A stretch of 64,000 nt of DNA from positions 32,001-96,000 of IMG/VR virus record IMGVR_UViG_3300028048_000059; one strand, written 5' to 3'. The stretch comes from a virus. Its lineage: Duplodnaviria > Caudoviricetes. The position numbers and the translations under genes were made by a program. The notes under the pieces are model-generated. The model was given only the letters and a program-made list of their open reading frames with translations, was not told the origin of the DNA and made no database searches. Below, in pieces: positions 30,201 through 38,248 of this stretch; position 1 is the first letter of the stretch; every line of letters starts with the position of its first letter.

Positions 30201-30239
30201 GCTAAATGGTTAAAATTAGCATTCGCAGAAGAGCCATAA
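24282..30239 (+). CDS. Tal/baseplate hub fused to tail spike/receptor-binding region
   Basis: 1985 aa after Dit; N-terminal hub motifs (ELSFTIP, CEGLAF, SNIYNITQDLAE.F), coiled coil, GINADLIRTGRL, LPIKNGGTG and a variable C-terminus. Confidence 0.8.
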   Translation: MIRNYEVSVWTLQDSFITVLKPDKLESKGQIENAKMHLVNDGTAELSFTIPMYLGHTENTYWYDETNEAAPTRENPLWQNTVNGVILAGMRKIKVIFNKQTEDEAVFEFVITKVTERHEKDEKWCDVECEGLAFHELGKNGYKISLTEETYYNDYEDWAKTEYTESEEAAHMAAEPRNNIEYWLHKIFDGTDWNWSVQMDYANHDGIVYRLDLTNSAIDHAWVDLSNIADEEYHDTKLLTYFDLTKEQQAVVNQRRENMGLWRCDKIYEEEYVTEWDDDSQTNSVPFGSSNYITNASIGPLTDVKINIKQVQEAEESSSTNNRPISGWTKANIYIDSTHTTTAPAKTIEFPETVYGGTLDVTSGTLTVTQCVDVFDGSEKWTYAGMAGSRPYYSTATTNYYLNVKKGTGGVSANWLPVIDDEQDQTYTLSSVRLRSSSAAQNIVFFIVGSDLPNITDASTLQAYLKEHPLQVSYPIMTPKVQTINPTSITTPTSNSYIWSDAGDISVIYQTQPTAIFPGAVEKAKEKERLINCEESNIYNITQDLAEAFGVFCKYKYYYNDNYHITGREVIFYNTFIQDSTGVIDITYPYDTGKITREMDSADVATKLYVKKLENSNTASGWATITDTAINKTLEDYILNFDYLYTIGTITEEQYAEIPKFETDVRKLNLEMLPKEQELDLLQLKLPEAEAAVTVLNNAVALDQERISANDDLLNNLTNGTQILHVTANRPNLSYLVPDKDAKEDEKPYKIILREKGIIKDTVHVYKKWELSSAQTTENTEGTENTESTEDTATETETTTETETTGNESTPANTEEEIGRYTLTEEVTYSPRFDADGNLIALANLAKSDDESSLRYITYDYRPALYYDNIKESWVRRLNDDEANRVKAQAELETIQNRIEVLKAELEALMIQKDNLLKYFNRLMGPALREANWQPEDEYGKFGAKYNTKLSFSDFNKDTLIQLYWDDVGFEDEQKNTYVIGAAEQVTRHYPCVELTQEFIQNFHNGGYTKLSDICFIFTDVNAEQISGSVTNPENTTTSTVDELKYYRYYAIGSQSQLAFVRSKLTGAIKPVLMLTGIETVNIYDGSEEEEVIIKQPTQEQLETFLSHNAQIGHIVPVYNAETTQFNYDIKTVQSFNGFLDTEEYDTIVFPRIRVNSLNLKTNSDELNVALPPSGVKSNIPLSEYVDYYVTPRENEYYITLRPDVFYMKAQKLPDSNFSVNLNCMIADAASGIYLDALQIARENAYPKVEYTVDISMAKQDFMRVAYSTMNKIVHINDNELKFNHVQGYISDLDLDLDHPWQDKIGIKNYKTKFEDLFVDIVAQTEAMKKNSQIAEIGGQIFAPTGMLTKESLQEAFDGYNLQYEFNNGKLMIDDKNGILAASDEGVVAYRGGGIFTATEQDDDGNWVWNTGILPSGINADLIRTGRLDTNLINIYAGDNLKLQMNGTGLYAFKSWSDMVDFANESVASQILENLDEPLSDAALSYVVFNEEGLFLTMNDGAPYIDTDGTVQTLDLEALENPVDKVNRVEISWRGLILRNNANEEVFYADPDTGNLTIQGKITATDGQIGPWMIGSRSLYQTLDTKIENGQEQEAVPFATKNTIYLGEEGLSISDLFQLKTEVVQSTAMGSTEIKRILSDFSINEYVLTAPTQEEKEEEQTESANTVLSPIFQIKNIQTSTSPAYQIIINSDVQFGNNFVLPIKNGGTGSNDGTGLYYKVSTEEALGNIEAKNGDLAVVLNDDNKIVYTNYTTVVHEAGDYYGPFDFNTDNSSFTKNHKNGAFGGVAALCWNTHLTTNEVKDGYSMPNGDNYARLGWVHNGNDVFNSAIWLPFTTTGNTINSGMTLKLTFYVQNRFWGNSNSQTNGVHQINGSSTDDNVFGIKIIGSDYSTILASGNFKVTHEVSRDFEQQKLDCYCKLINNLNKNEQAFLLFYANTGATNNSLTYLDCSNIQLFTGANQPNIPMLHIYSKKDAKWLKLAFAEEP

Positions 30240-30240
30240 A

Positions 30241-30270
30241 AAAATAAGCCCGCCGAAAGGCGGGCTTTAT
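30241..30270. terminator. Bidirectional terminator between convergent late and early regions
   Basis: A-run, AAGCCCGCC-gaaa-GGCGGGCTT, T-rich tail. Confidence 0.9.
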
Positions 30271-30662
30271 TCTTTTATAAAAGGCTCAATTAATAGCATA
30301 TCATTTGGTGAAAAATTGAGTTCCATCAACTCTTCAATATCAATCTGCTCGCTATTAATTATTACCTGCTCTTGCAGAGCATTATTAATCGTGTTATTAA
30401 AATCTTCAATTTTATCTCGTTCAAGTGAGATATTACCATTCTCATCTTGTTTGATGCGGCCGCCCTCATCGCGCTCCGCATATTTTTCAATCAATTGATT
30501 ACGAATTTCTGTAAAGCTGTCTACATGATTTTGTACTTCTTTACTAATCCTAGCAATCTTATACGCGGTGCGGACGGGCATCTTCATGCCCATCATTTCC
30601 TTTAAAATACTTACGCTATCAATAATTTGTCTTAGTGTTGCTTCAATCATGGTTCTCCCCAC
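30267..30662 (-). CDS. Conserved phage hypothetical protein (DUF1617-like)
   Basis: AYKIARI…LIEKYAERDE.G pattern. Confidence 0.6.
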   Translation of the reverse strand: MGRTMIEATLRQIIDSVSILKEMMGMKMPVRTAYKIARISKEVQNHVDSFTEIRNQLIEKYAERDEGGRIKQDENGNISLERDKIEDFNNTINNALQEQVIINSEQIDIEELMELNFSPNDMLLIEPFIKE

Positions 30663-31381
30663 TCTTTATTCTTTTTTAACAGGTGACAAAAATATTTACC
30701 GATACAAATAGCATCTGCCTCATCTTGTGTGCAATCTTGACCATACCATAATTTAACTTTGTCTTGCGCGGCTTTCTTTTTATTTTCTCGCCCCTTATCA
30801 TCCCCAACATTGCAATAGTTGCGCCATGTGGTTGAATAAACTAAATCATGGTCGATGCAGGCTTCAAAAATTGTGTCAACTAAAACGCCTTGCAAATTAG
30901 CAAGTGTACGATACATTTCTACTTGAAATTGGCCTTTACCAAAACTTTGCAGTTGAATATTTTCTAATCCAATGAAATCTGGCTGGCATTCTTCAATTAC
31001 AGAAATTAGCCATTTCTTCATTTTATTAATACGTTCTTCTGTGGGCAAATTTTTATCAACTTTATACGTACCAAAACTAACTAATTTTTGATTATCATAA
31101 ATTGAATAACCGGTCACCACAGTGGCCGCATCTAATGCTAATACTCTTTGTGTGTCGTCATTCTTTGGCGGCACTTTATTTTTTTGCCCCAAAAATGGTG
31201 CGCCAGCAAGGCATATATCACATTGTGGATGTTTCCGCCATTCATTATATGTTTTCTTTTGTAAATGCCCTTTTGGGCATTTCATTTCTAATTCTGTATT
31301 TAAATTTTTATATGAGTCACTAATCAACTCCCAACCCAACTCATTGAGATGATTAGTGACTGCATAAATGTTAATTGGCAT
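30647..31381 (-). CDS. ruvC: RuvC-like Holliday junction resolvase with N-terminal Zn-finger
   Basis: VLALDAAT..TGYS, IGLENIQ, QDEADAICIG acidic motifs; CPKGH…CDIC. Confidence 0.82.
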   Translation of the reverse strand: MPINIYAVTNHLNELGWELISDSYKNLNTELEMKCPKGHLQKKTYNEWRKHPQCDICLAGAPFLGQKNKVPPKNDDTQRVLALDAATVVTGYSIYDNQKLVSFGTYKVDKNLPTEERINKMKKWLISVIEECQPDFIGLENIQLQSFGKGQFQVEMYRTLANLQGVLVDTIFEACIDHDLVYSTTWRNYCNVGDDKGRENKKKAAQDKVKLWYGQDCTQDEADAICIGKYFCHLLKKNKEWGEP

Positions 31382-32193
31382 TACTTGCCTGTGCTGCCGA
31401 AACCTTCATTGTTCCTTTCTGTCGTTTGTAGAATATCGACTTGCCGTGGCTTAAAACGATAGATAGGTTCAACCCATAGCTGAGCAATGCGGTCGCCGGC
31501 ATGAATAGTATAATCAGAATCAGAAATATTATCAAATAGAACTGTGACATCGCCAGTATAGCCAGTGTCAATAATTCCCATGCTATTGCTAAGACGAAGT
31601 GGCGTCTTCGCACCAATACTGGAACGTGGCGCCAATCTGGCTTGCCACCCTTCTGGAAGTTGTAGATGTATACCAGTTGGTACTTTTTGACCAATGACAT
31701 GCGCAGGAATTACGCAATCATTTAGAGCAGCGAGATCTGCACATGCGTCGCTTTCATGGGCATACTGTGGCATGGTGGCGCTGCCATCAAGCTTAATTGG
31801 TAGTTCAATATCATATGTAAGATAGCGGTCACTAGCTTCTTGATACATTTCTACAAAAATGTTAAGGACATTTTCTAGGATGGTGCGTTTTTCTTTTGAG
31901 GGCGCTAGATTATCTAGGAGAACGGTGATGCCGTTTGTTAGGTCAGCAATTTGCTGACTAACTTCTGACCGAGTGGCGGCTGCATCACGAAAACTTTGTA
32001 GCACGCCTTGAATAGCATTTTCACGGATTGTATCTGTAAAAGCTCCGCGAACCATACCAGAGAACATTTCAATAGACTGCTCATTTAGCGATTCTTCTGG
32101 TAGGGACATGATTTGTTCAATTAAATCTACAAGAGGACGTAGCTCAGGTTGTGAAGATAGCGCGTCCATTACATTTGTCGTATTTTCATCCAT
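31381..32193 (-). CDS. dut: Trimeric dUTPase with about 125-aa N-terminal extension
   Basis: DACADL, PRSSIG, GIIDTGYTG, GDRIAQ, RNNEGFGSTG motifs. Confidence 0.92.
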   Translation of the reverse strand: MDENTTNVMDALSSQPELRPLVDLIEQIMSLPEESLNEQSIEMFSGMVRGAFTDTIRENAIQGVLQSFRDAAATRSEVSQQIADLTNGITVLLDNLAPSKEKRTILENVLNIFVEMYQEASDRYLTYDIELPIKLDGSATMPQYAHESDACADLAALNDCVIPAHVIGQKVPTGIHLQLPEGWQARLAPRSSIGAKTPLRLSNSMGIIDTGYTGDVTVLFDNISDSDYTIHAGDRIAQLWVEPIYRFKPRQVDILQTTERNNEGFGSTGK

Positions 32194-32194
32194 A

Positions 32195-32431
32195 TTACAT
32201 TACCTCGTATTCCTTTGTTACACTAACAAGCCAATATTCATCAACGATGTCGCCAGTCTTGCGATCTTTCTTGCATTTATAGGTTGTATTGTATTTTGTT
32301 AGTGTGTAGCCTTCAATGTTCTGGTTATTCTTATATTCTTCAATCGTATCCATCGCTAGCTGTTCGCTATCCACCTTAAAAGTTAGTGTTTCAATTTTTA
32401 GTTGCTTATTCATTGTCTTTTTTCTCCTCAT
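32195..32431 (-). CDS. Hypothetical protein
   Basis: Operon-packed ORF; likely start MNKQL. Confidence 0.65.
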   Translation of the reverse strand: MRRKKTMNKQLKIETLTFKVDSEQLAMDTIEEYKNNQNIEGYTLTKYNTTYKCKKDRKTGDIVDEYWLVSVTKEYEVM

Positions 32432-32672
32432 TCATTACTCTTAATTTTTGAATTAAATCTATATAAGCTAATTTTTTAGCTGTCTCAGAAATAGTTCCCA
32501 TTTCTGCGCGCCCTTGTTTACCAAGTTTCTTAGCAAATTTTCGACGTTCTGCGCGATTATTGAATTGTAGCTGATTTACTTTGTTTTCAATCGCAGAAGT
32601 AGTTTCTCCTACAATTTCTTCTATATTATCTTGGTCTGTTGTTAGACCTGTTACAAATACTTCATCATTCAT
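32406..32672 (-). CDS. Hypothetical protein (NRAERRK motif)
   Basis: Operon-packed ORF. Confidence 0.65.
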   Translation of the reverse strand: MNDEVFVTGLTTDQDNIEEIVGETTSAIENKVNQLQFNNRAERRKFAKKLGKQGRAEMGTISETAKKLAYIDLIQKLRVMNEEKKDNE

Positions 32673-32968
32673 ACTAAACTCTCCACTACGGAACAGATAT
32701 GGTCGTATTCTTTTTTACTGTCTATTTTAATGTGAAAAAGGACATTATCTTCAATTATTTTAATAGGAATTTTTATTTCGAGAGTCTTTAAATGAGAAAA
32801 AACTGTGTTGCTACAACAAGTTATATACTCTGTCAGCTGGTTTGCTTCTAATTCAATAGTTAACTTATCAGTTAAGGCATAAAATACGATCAGCTCATCT
32901 TTTTCATCCAAACATAAAATACAAATATAATTTTCATTTCCTTGATACTTTAAAATTCTTTTAATCAT
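32669..32968 (-). CDS. Hypothetical protein
   Basis: Operon-packed ORF, coupled at both ends. Confidence 0.65.
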   Translation of the reverse strand: MIKRILKYQGNENYICILCLDEKDELIVFYALTDKLTIELEANQLTEYITCCSNTVFSHLKTLEIKIPIKIIEDNVLFHIKIDSKKEYDHICSVVESLV

Positions 32969-33996
32969 TAACCTTCACCGCCTCCGGTTTTATTAAAACC
33001 GAAAGTATTTGATTTAAAGAAATCAATATAGTATTTTTCTAAATCACTTAGTTGCTCTTTTTCACAATAAATAATTGGTTCAATTGCCCAGTTCCAAAAA
33101 CCAGTTTGCCAAATGGCGTGATGAACGGCTTGGTCAGAAATTGTTTTAATTCCGATAGAACTTTTAAAGTGATCGATAATACGTTTTTTAATATTGGTAC
33201 TTTTACCAATATAGCATTTCCCGCTATCAATGTTGGTTATTTTATAAATGCCAGGTTTTTCTTCTATACCGACTCGTTTAAAAGTTTCATCAATATAAGG
33301 TTTTACATATTCTGCCCAGACCAATTTATTAATAATGTCAGGATGTTGTACTTTTTGTGAGACAGTCGTTACTAGAAAATTAATGTCTTCCTTGTACTCA
33401 TCTGGCACTTGAATTGTATAGAACAAACGTTCTTGCTGTTCTTTTTCATATTGTTGCAACGGGAGCAAAAGTCCTTCAAAACGTTTTTGTTGTTCCTGCG
33501 TTTCTGCAATTATTGCTGTTTGGCTCGCCGTCGCGGCCGCAATTGTTTGTTCCATTTCTTCTTGTGCATGATCTTTTTTATCTTGATATTCTTGTAACAA
33601 TTGCTTATATTTGAATTCAAGATTTTGTTGTTTTTCACGCCACAATTGATCAAAGGTTGTATCTAATTCTGACTGTCGTAATTGTTTTTGATTAATAAAA
33701 TAAGTGTCTAAATCACTAGTTTTACGATTTAATTCTTCTCGATACTTTTTTTGTACTTCAAGAATTTTATTATTATATTGCTCTATTTGCTCAGTTAAAG
33801 CAGTTTTTTCTTTGACTAATTGATTTGTTTCATAACAAATTGATTGCAGACGATCTTCATTGGTTTTTATTTCGGCTTGCAATTTACGCAATCCATCTCT
33901 ATTAATGGATTGCTTTTTATTTAATTTATAAATTAGGCAAATAATAATAATGGCGAGTATTAATATGGCCGCCATCCATAGCATCTGTACTTGCAT
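32968..33996 (-). CDS. Membrane-anchored coiled-coil protein with C-terminal GIY-YIG nuclease domain
   Basis: N-terminal TM helix; Q/E/K-rich coiled coil; PGIYKITN…YIGKS.NIKKR..H, E.YYI, GFN. Confidence 0.82.
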   Translation of the reverse strand: MQVQMLWMAAILILAIIIICLIYKLNKKQSINRDGLRKLQAEIKTNEDRLQSICYETNQLVKEKTALTEQIEQYNNKILEVQKKYREELNRKTSDLDTYFINQKQLRQSELDTTFDQLWREKQQNLEFKYKQLLQEYQDKKDHAQEEMEQTIAAATASQTAIIAETQEQQKRFEGLLLPLQQYEKEQQERLFYTIQVPDEYKEDINFLVTTVSQKVQHPDIINKLVWAEYVKPYIDETFKRVGIEEKPGIYKITNIDSGKCYIGKSTNIKKRIIDHFKSSIGIKTISDQAVHHAIWQTGFWNWAIEPIIYCEKEQLSDLEKYYIDFFKSNTFGFNKTGGGEG

Positions 33997-34028
33997 TTAC
34001 ATCACAACCACTCCTTTATTTATAATTT

Positions 34029-34057
34029 ATTATATCATGATTTTTAAAAAAAGTCAA
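34029..34057 (-). promoter_or_regulatory. sigmaA promoter
   Basis: TTGACT-17-TATAAT with TG extension. Confidence 0.85.
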
Positions 34058-34059
34058 AT

Positions 34060-34091
34060 AAAAAAAATAAGCGGGCAATTATGCCCGCTTA
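34060..34091 (-). terminator. Intrinsic terminator ending the nrd operon
   Basis: TAAGCGGGCA/TGCCCGCTTA stem followed by a T run on the minus strand. Confidence 0.85.
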
Positions 34092-34283
34092 TTCGTCTTT
34101 TATATATAAACCACAATGGCATGGCTCTCCAATTTTTACATTTAATCGCATATCTTCACAGATACATTTATATTTATCTTGCCCTAAACTATTCGCAATG
34201 CATGGACAATAACCATCATTTTCTTTTAGTCCTTGTCGAATAATTGCTGCTAATTCTTTATCTGGTGTTACGTGTATTTTCAT
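34089..34283 (-). CDS. Ferredoxin:thioredoxin reductase catalytic-subunit-like protein
   Basis: GYCPC…CIC…CHCGLY: the three CxC motifs of FTR catalytic chains (canonical CPC, CPC, CHC). Confidence 0.8.
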   Translation of the reverse strand: MKIHVTPDKELAAIIRQGLKENDGYCPCIANSLGQDKYKCICEDMRLNVKIGEPCHCGLYIKDE

Positions 34284-34816
34284 GAAATTCTCTCCGCATA
34301 TTGGTTATTTGAAGCTAATTGTATTCCTAATATATCATCATAATGGGGCTGTTGGTTCATTATGTATCGACCCCACTTAATGACAAGATTTTTATACTTA
34401 TGAACATTAATTAAATTATGAATAAAAGGAAAAAATAATTCAGATTTATCATATCCAGTATAAATAATAATTATATCATTACAGCCTTTATTATTTCTAA
34501 TATAAGAAATAAAATAAAATAATTCTAGCGGAGTGTCAAAAGGCTCTAATCCTTGACAGCAAAATCCTTTAGTTAATGGATTTGTTATATAAAGTTCCCA
34601 AATTTTATCAAATGATACAATAATATCAGGTTCTCGCGCTAAATTACTATTTTGACAAACTGGACATTTGTTTAATTTGTCGCACTTAAAATTACAAGAT
34701 GGAAATTCTAATGTAAGAACTGGTTCTTTATAATTAGTAAAATCACAATCAATAATTCCTTTAAGATTTATCGCTGTTTTTGATGAATTATCTAATTCAA
34801 TTTGAGTATATATCAT
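34280..34816 (-). CDS. nrdG: Anaerobic RNR activating enzyme (radical SAM)
   Basis: DFTNYK, CNFKC…C..CQN, GLEPF, IIIYTGY, K.GRY, LASNNQ. Confidence 0.9.
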   Translation of the reverse strand: MIYTQIELDNSSKTAINLKGIIDCDFTNYKEPVLTLEFPSCNFKCDKLNKCPVCQNSNLAREPDIIVSFDKIWELYITNPLTKGFCCQGLEPFDTPLELFYFISYIRNNKGCNDIIIIYTGYDKSELFFPFIHNLINVHKYKNLVIKWGRYIMNQQPHYDDILGIQLASNNQYAERIS

Positions 34817-34862
34817 ATAATGCTCCTTTTATCATTTATAAAAATCATAATTAAGAACGTTC

Positions 34863-35054
34863 TTAACTATCATTTTCTTTTACTTCTTTTAAAGGACACC
34901 ATTCAGGTTTAGTGTATGGAGTTGTTTCTAAATAAGAACGTAATTCTTTACAATCATCTACAAGATGACCATGACAATATTCAAATTCATCATCAAGTAG
35001 GAAACATCCTACACATGCTTCTGGCATTGGTATATCAAGTTCAAGTTTAATCAT
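34863..35054 (-). CDS. Small Cys-rich phage hypothetical protein
   Basis: MPEAC..C…KPEWCPL pattern common in phages. Confidence 0.65.
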   Translation of the reverse strand: MIKLELDIPMPEACVGCFLLDDEFEYCHGHLVDDCKELRSYLETTPYTKPEWCPLKEVKENDS

Positions 35055-36106
35055 TTATATGCTCCCATTGCCGCATTTTAAATTCTGCTTTTCGCTCTTT
35101 ACTCCATGTTTTAATTGGAGTATAAAAACCTACAATTCTTGTATATTCAGTGGCCACTGGGCCGCCACAAATAGGGCATATTTTGCCATAAAAAGCATGA
35201 TTATTTGCGCAAGCTTGAATTTTTGTATTAAAAGCAAAATAAGTTAAACCTTGATCTGCGATATAATTAACTGCGTCCCATGCTTTTTCAAAACTATCAA
35301 AAGGTGCGTCAATATTTAAGTGAGCAATGGAGCCGCCATTGCAGTATGAATCAAACAAAGAAGCAATGCGAATACGTTCAATCATTGTTGTTTTAATACC
35401 TAGCGGGATGAATTGATTACCATATAATGGTAAATCTTTAACTACCGTTTCTGGGAAAAAGAATTCATCTGCTAATTGCATTTTTGCCGCGGCAGATTCG
35501 CCAGGAATTTGTTCAATATTAATTTTATAATTTTTTGTAGCGGCAAAAGCATCCTTAGTCTTATGAATCACTTGGAAAATTTTTTGTCCAAAACTGTCTG
35601 CCTCTTTGGTATAAAAAGTATTCCCTAACTCATCTTTTCTAGTATATCCAAAAGTTCGCATAGTTTCATAAATACCTATAATACCAACAGTATTATATAA
35701 ATGTTCAAAATCAACAATACCTTTTGAAAAATTAGGTAATAACCCTTTTTCAACATTACGTTCAATAATATGCCGCACACAATCTAATGCTTTGCAATCT
35801 AGCTCTACTAGATCTTTTAACGCAGTTAAGTAAGCTTGCTCATCTTTTGGATGCTCTAATGCTAATCTAGCCAGATTTATTGTTGATACTTTTACAGAGC
35901 CAACTTTTAATGCAGTGCCGCCAATACTATTAAAATATCCTAAATCCTCAATATTGCTTTTAAGTCTGCAACAATTGCTAAGTGAGTTTACACTGTCATC
36001 AATAAATAAATTTGAATCACTCCAAATTCTATTATGCTCAATACCCCACTTAGCAAATTCTTCATCAATAAACTTTCCATTTTTACGAAGTAAACTAATT
36101 GTTAAT
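35047..36106 (-). CDS. nrdD: Class III ribonucleotide reductase, exon 2
   Basis: Open frame from 36105 (LTISLLRKNG), SNCCRL finger loop, NIEQIPGE, Zn site, TRIVGFY glycyl-radical motif. Confidence 0.92.
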
Positions 36107-36939
36107 CCTATTTGTTTATATAGGTTCGTTATTCCTATACCATAGAGCTACATATTACTATGTAGAGCAGACTATATCATATACCTAATTACCATATTTT
36201 AGGTATCCTCGCACTTCGAACCACTTGGTTCTACTCTACTCGCTTCTTCAAACAAGATAGGTTCTTGTTCTATGCTTTCGATAGTCGTTGGACTTTCCCA
36301 CCGAAATGGGCTTAGTTCAGGATTGTCTGTATAGTGGATTTTTTTATGACATTGTTCACATACAACAATTAAATTATTTTTATTAGTAAAATCATCATAA
36401 GATAATATCTCATGATAGAAATTTTCAATATTGCCAGAGTAGGCATTCTGTATAAATTCATCAAATATTACATGAAATGGTTTTATATGATGTGTATGTA
36501 AATTACCACCATGCCGCCCACATATTTGACAAGTAAAATTACAATTTCTTAACATTTCTTTCGAAATTGTCTTAAACAGACCGCGAGCCAAAGTTTTTTC
36601 ATCGGTAAAACCTTTATAATTAGGATTATCTTCACCAATGTAACGACCTTTTAATGTATCGCTAATTCTGTTTCTCAAAGCAATATCATCAATTTTACTT
36701 TTTCTACTTTTAAATCCTGCTTTATTTAAGCGAATTGTTATATTCGATCGTTCGCACTCGTAAATAGCTGCGATTTCTTTATCATATAATCCTTGATTAT
36801 GTAAATCAATAATTTCTTGTAATGGAATATTTTTCTTTTTAGGCATTTATATCACCTCTTAAATATTCCACTATACAGATTTTCCCTGAGTTCACGAGGT
36901 TTACATAATGTATTACTACATTACGCCGCTATAACTTTA
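36107..36939 (-). mobile_element. Group I intron 4 (nrdD) with HNH ORF in L5
   Basis: P1 CCGT|TA…TAGCGG; GAACTCAGGGG/AATCCTGAAC; CAACGACTA; GATATAGTCT; terminal G36107; restores TFPV-LTIS. Confidence 0.92.
36199..36846 (-). CDS. Intron-encoded HNH endonuclease (HTH plus Zn-binding HNH)
   Basis: CQICG…LHTHHIKP…NLIVVCEQCHKKIH; GEDNPNY; GAGGTGA RBS. Confidence 0.9.
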   Translation of the reverse strand: MPKKKNIPLQEIIDLHNQGLYDKEIAAIYECERSNITIRLNKAGFKSRKSKIDDIALRNRISDTLKGRYIGEDNPNYKGFTDEKTLARGLFKTISKEMLRNCNFTCQICGRHGGNLHTHHIKPFHVIFDEFIQNAYSGNIENFYHEILSYDDFTNKNNLIVVCEQCHKKIHYTDNPELSPFRWESPTTIESIEQEPILFEEASRVEPSGSKCEDT

Positions 36940-37799
36940 ACGGGAAAAGTAAACATATTATGTTGTCTGATCTCTGCAATAACTTCCATAAATACTTTCT
37001 GGAACTCTTGAATTTCTTGTAATGAATCAATCATAAAACTACCATCAGGAAATTCACTACCAGAGAATAAAGCTTCAAGATATGGCATATCAAATACAGA
37101 GCAATTAGTAAAAGCAGATTGCATACCATCTCTTACATATGGCTGATTTACAGCGTAAACAAAGCGTTGAATTTGTTGACGTGCATAATAATCATTATCT
37201 TTTGTTGCATATCCGTTTTCGCAGTCTTTCTTCCAGAAATAATACATATATGGAATTAAATTTGGAAGACCGACTGCTCCTGAACTACGGTTCGCGGCAA
37301 AACTAATAAATTCTTTAACAAAATCAACAAAAGTGCTAAGATGCTTTGGCGGTTCTGCATTAAAGTTATTTAGAAAAAATAATCCTTTTTCTGCGACATC
37401 TTTTAGATCATAAGCAAAACAATAGTGTACATAAGTAGACGTATCAGCGTCATGTAAATATAGTGCTTTTGTCCACTCTTTTTCTAACCATTCATTTGCA
37501 GTTTGAAAGCCATATTTTTTATTTAACTCATAATAAATTTTATTATAAGCAAGTAATTTGCGATGTGGCTTTGGCATTTCATTCATTAGCGTGCGCATAT
37601 CTTTATTGCCAACATTTGAGTTGCCGTCAACAGAGACATCTGCCACGGTATCTTTATCAATAAAATTATCAATAAAGTCTGTATACGAAAGCTGTTTATC
37701 TCCAAAACCATTTAAATAAGCAATTTCTTCGCCATATTTTTCACTCATGCGATTATATGCTGTTGTGAAATTTTTATTTAATCGAACTCTTATATCCAT
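36940..37799 (-). CDS. nrdD: Class III ribonucleotide reductase, exon 1 (spliced 639 aa, no ATP cone)
   Basis: LYLHD, YCFAY, PPKHLSTF, SGAVG, QSAFTN, FTFPV. Confidence 0.92.
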
Positions 37800-37810
37800 A
37801 ACTACCAACC

Positions 37811-38014
37811 TCATTGATTATTTATCCAATTATTTATTTCTATCGGAGAATTATATATATTCTCTGCTGTTTGTAATACCGGAGCCCGATCTGTTTGTAA
37901 AAATGATAAATAATCATTTAGATTGCGCTCTTCATATTGGATATTTTTTTGATCAAGTTTCTTTTTTATCATTTTACAAATACCACACGTTGGTAAAGTA
38001 TATAAAATAACCAT
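37811..38014 (-). CDS. nrdH: Glutaredoxin/NrdH-like redoxin
   Basis: ILYTLPTCGICKMIK.KL..KNIQYEE, APVL; immediately upstream of nrdD. Confidence 0.85.
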   Translation of the reverse strand: MVILYTLPTCGICKMIKKKLDQKNIQYEERNLNDYLSFLQTDRAPVLQTAENIYNSPIEINNWINNQ

Positions 38015-38023
38015 ATTATCTCC

Positions 38024-38248
38024 TCAATCATTTATTTCTATCTGGAAACCACAATATGGACACGCCCCATTTTGATACCCTAAATTATATTTTTCACTAA
38101 AATGAGGGCATTGCTTTTGATTATCAATAATCTGTTGACGAATTTCCATGATTGTAGATTTACGCTCCATTGTTGAGAGAGCATGGGTTAGCTCTGTATC
38201 CAATTGTTTACGTCTGGCCATAATCTCTTCTATTGTCATATATTCCAT
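38024..38248 (-). CDS. Small Zn-ribbon protein
   Basis: CPH…CPYCG. Confidence 0.7.
   Translation of the reverse strand: MEYMTIEEIMARRKQLDTELTHALSTMERKSTIMEIRQQIIDNQKQCPHFSEKYNLGYQNGACPYCGFQIEIND

Noticed and set aside
29400-30239. Diversity-generating retroelement target at the Tal C-terminus
   Set aside because: No template repeat or reverse transcriptase is visible in this window; it cannot be excluded elsewhere in the genome.
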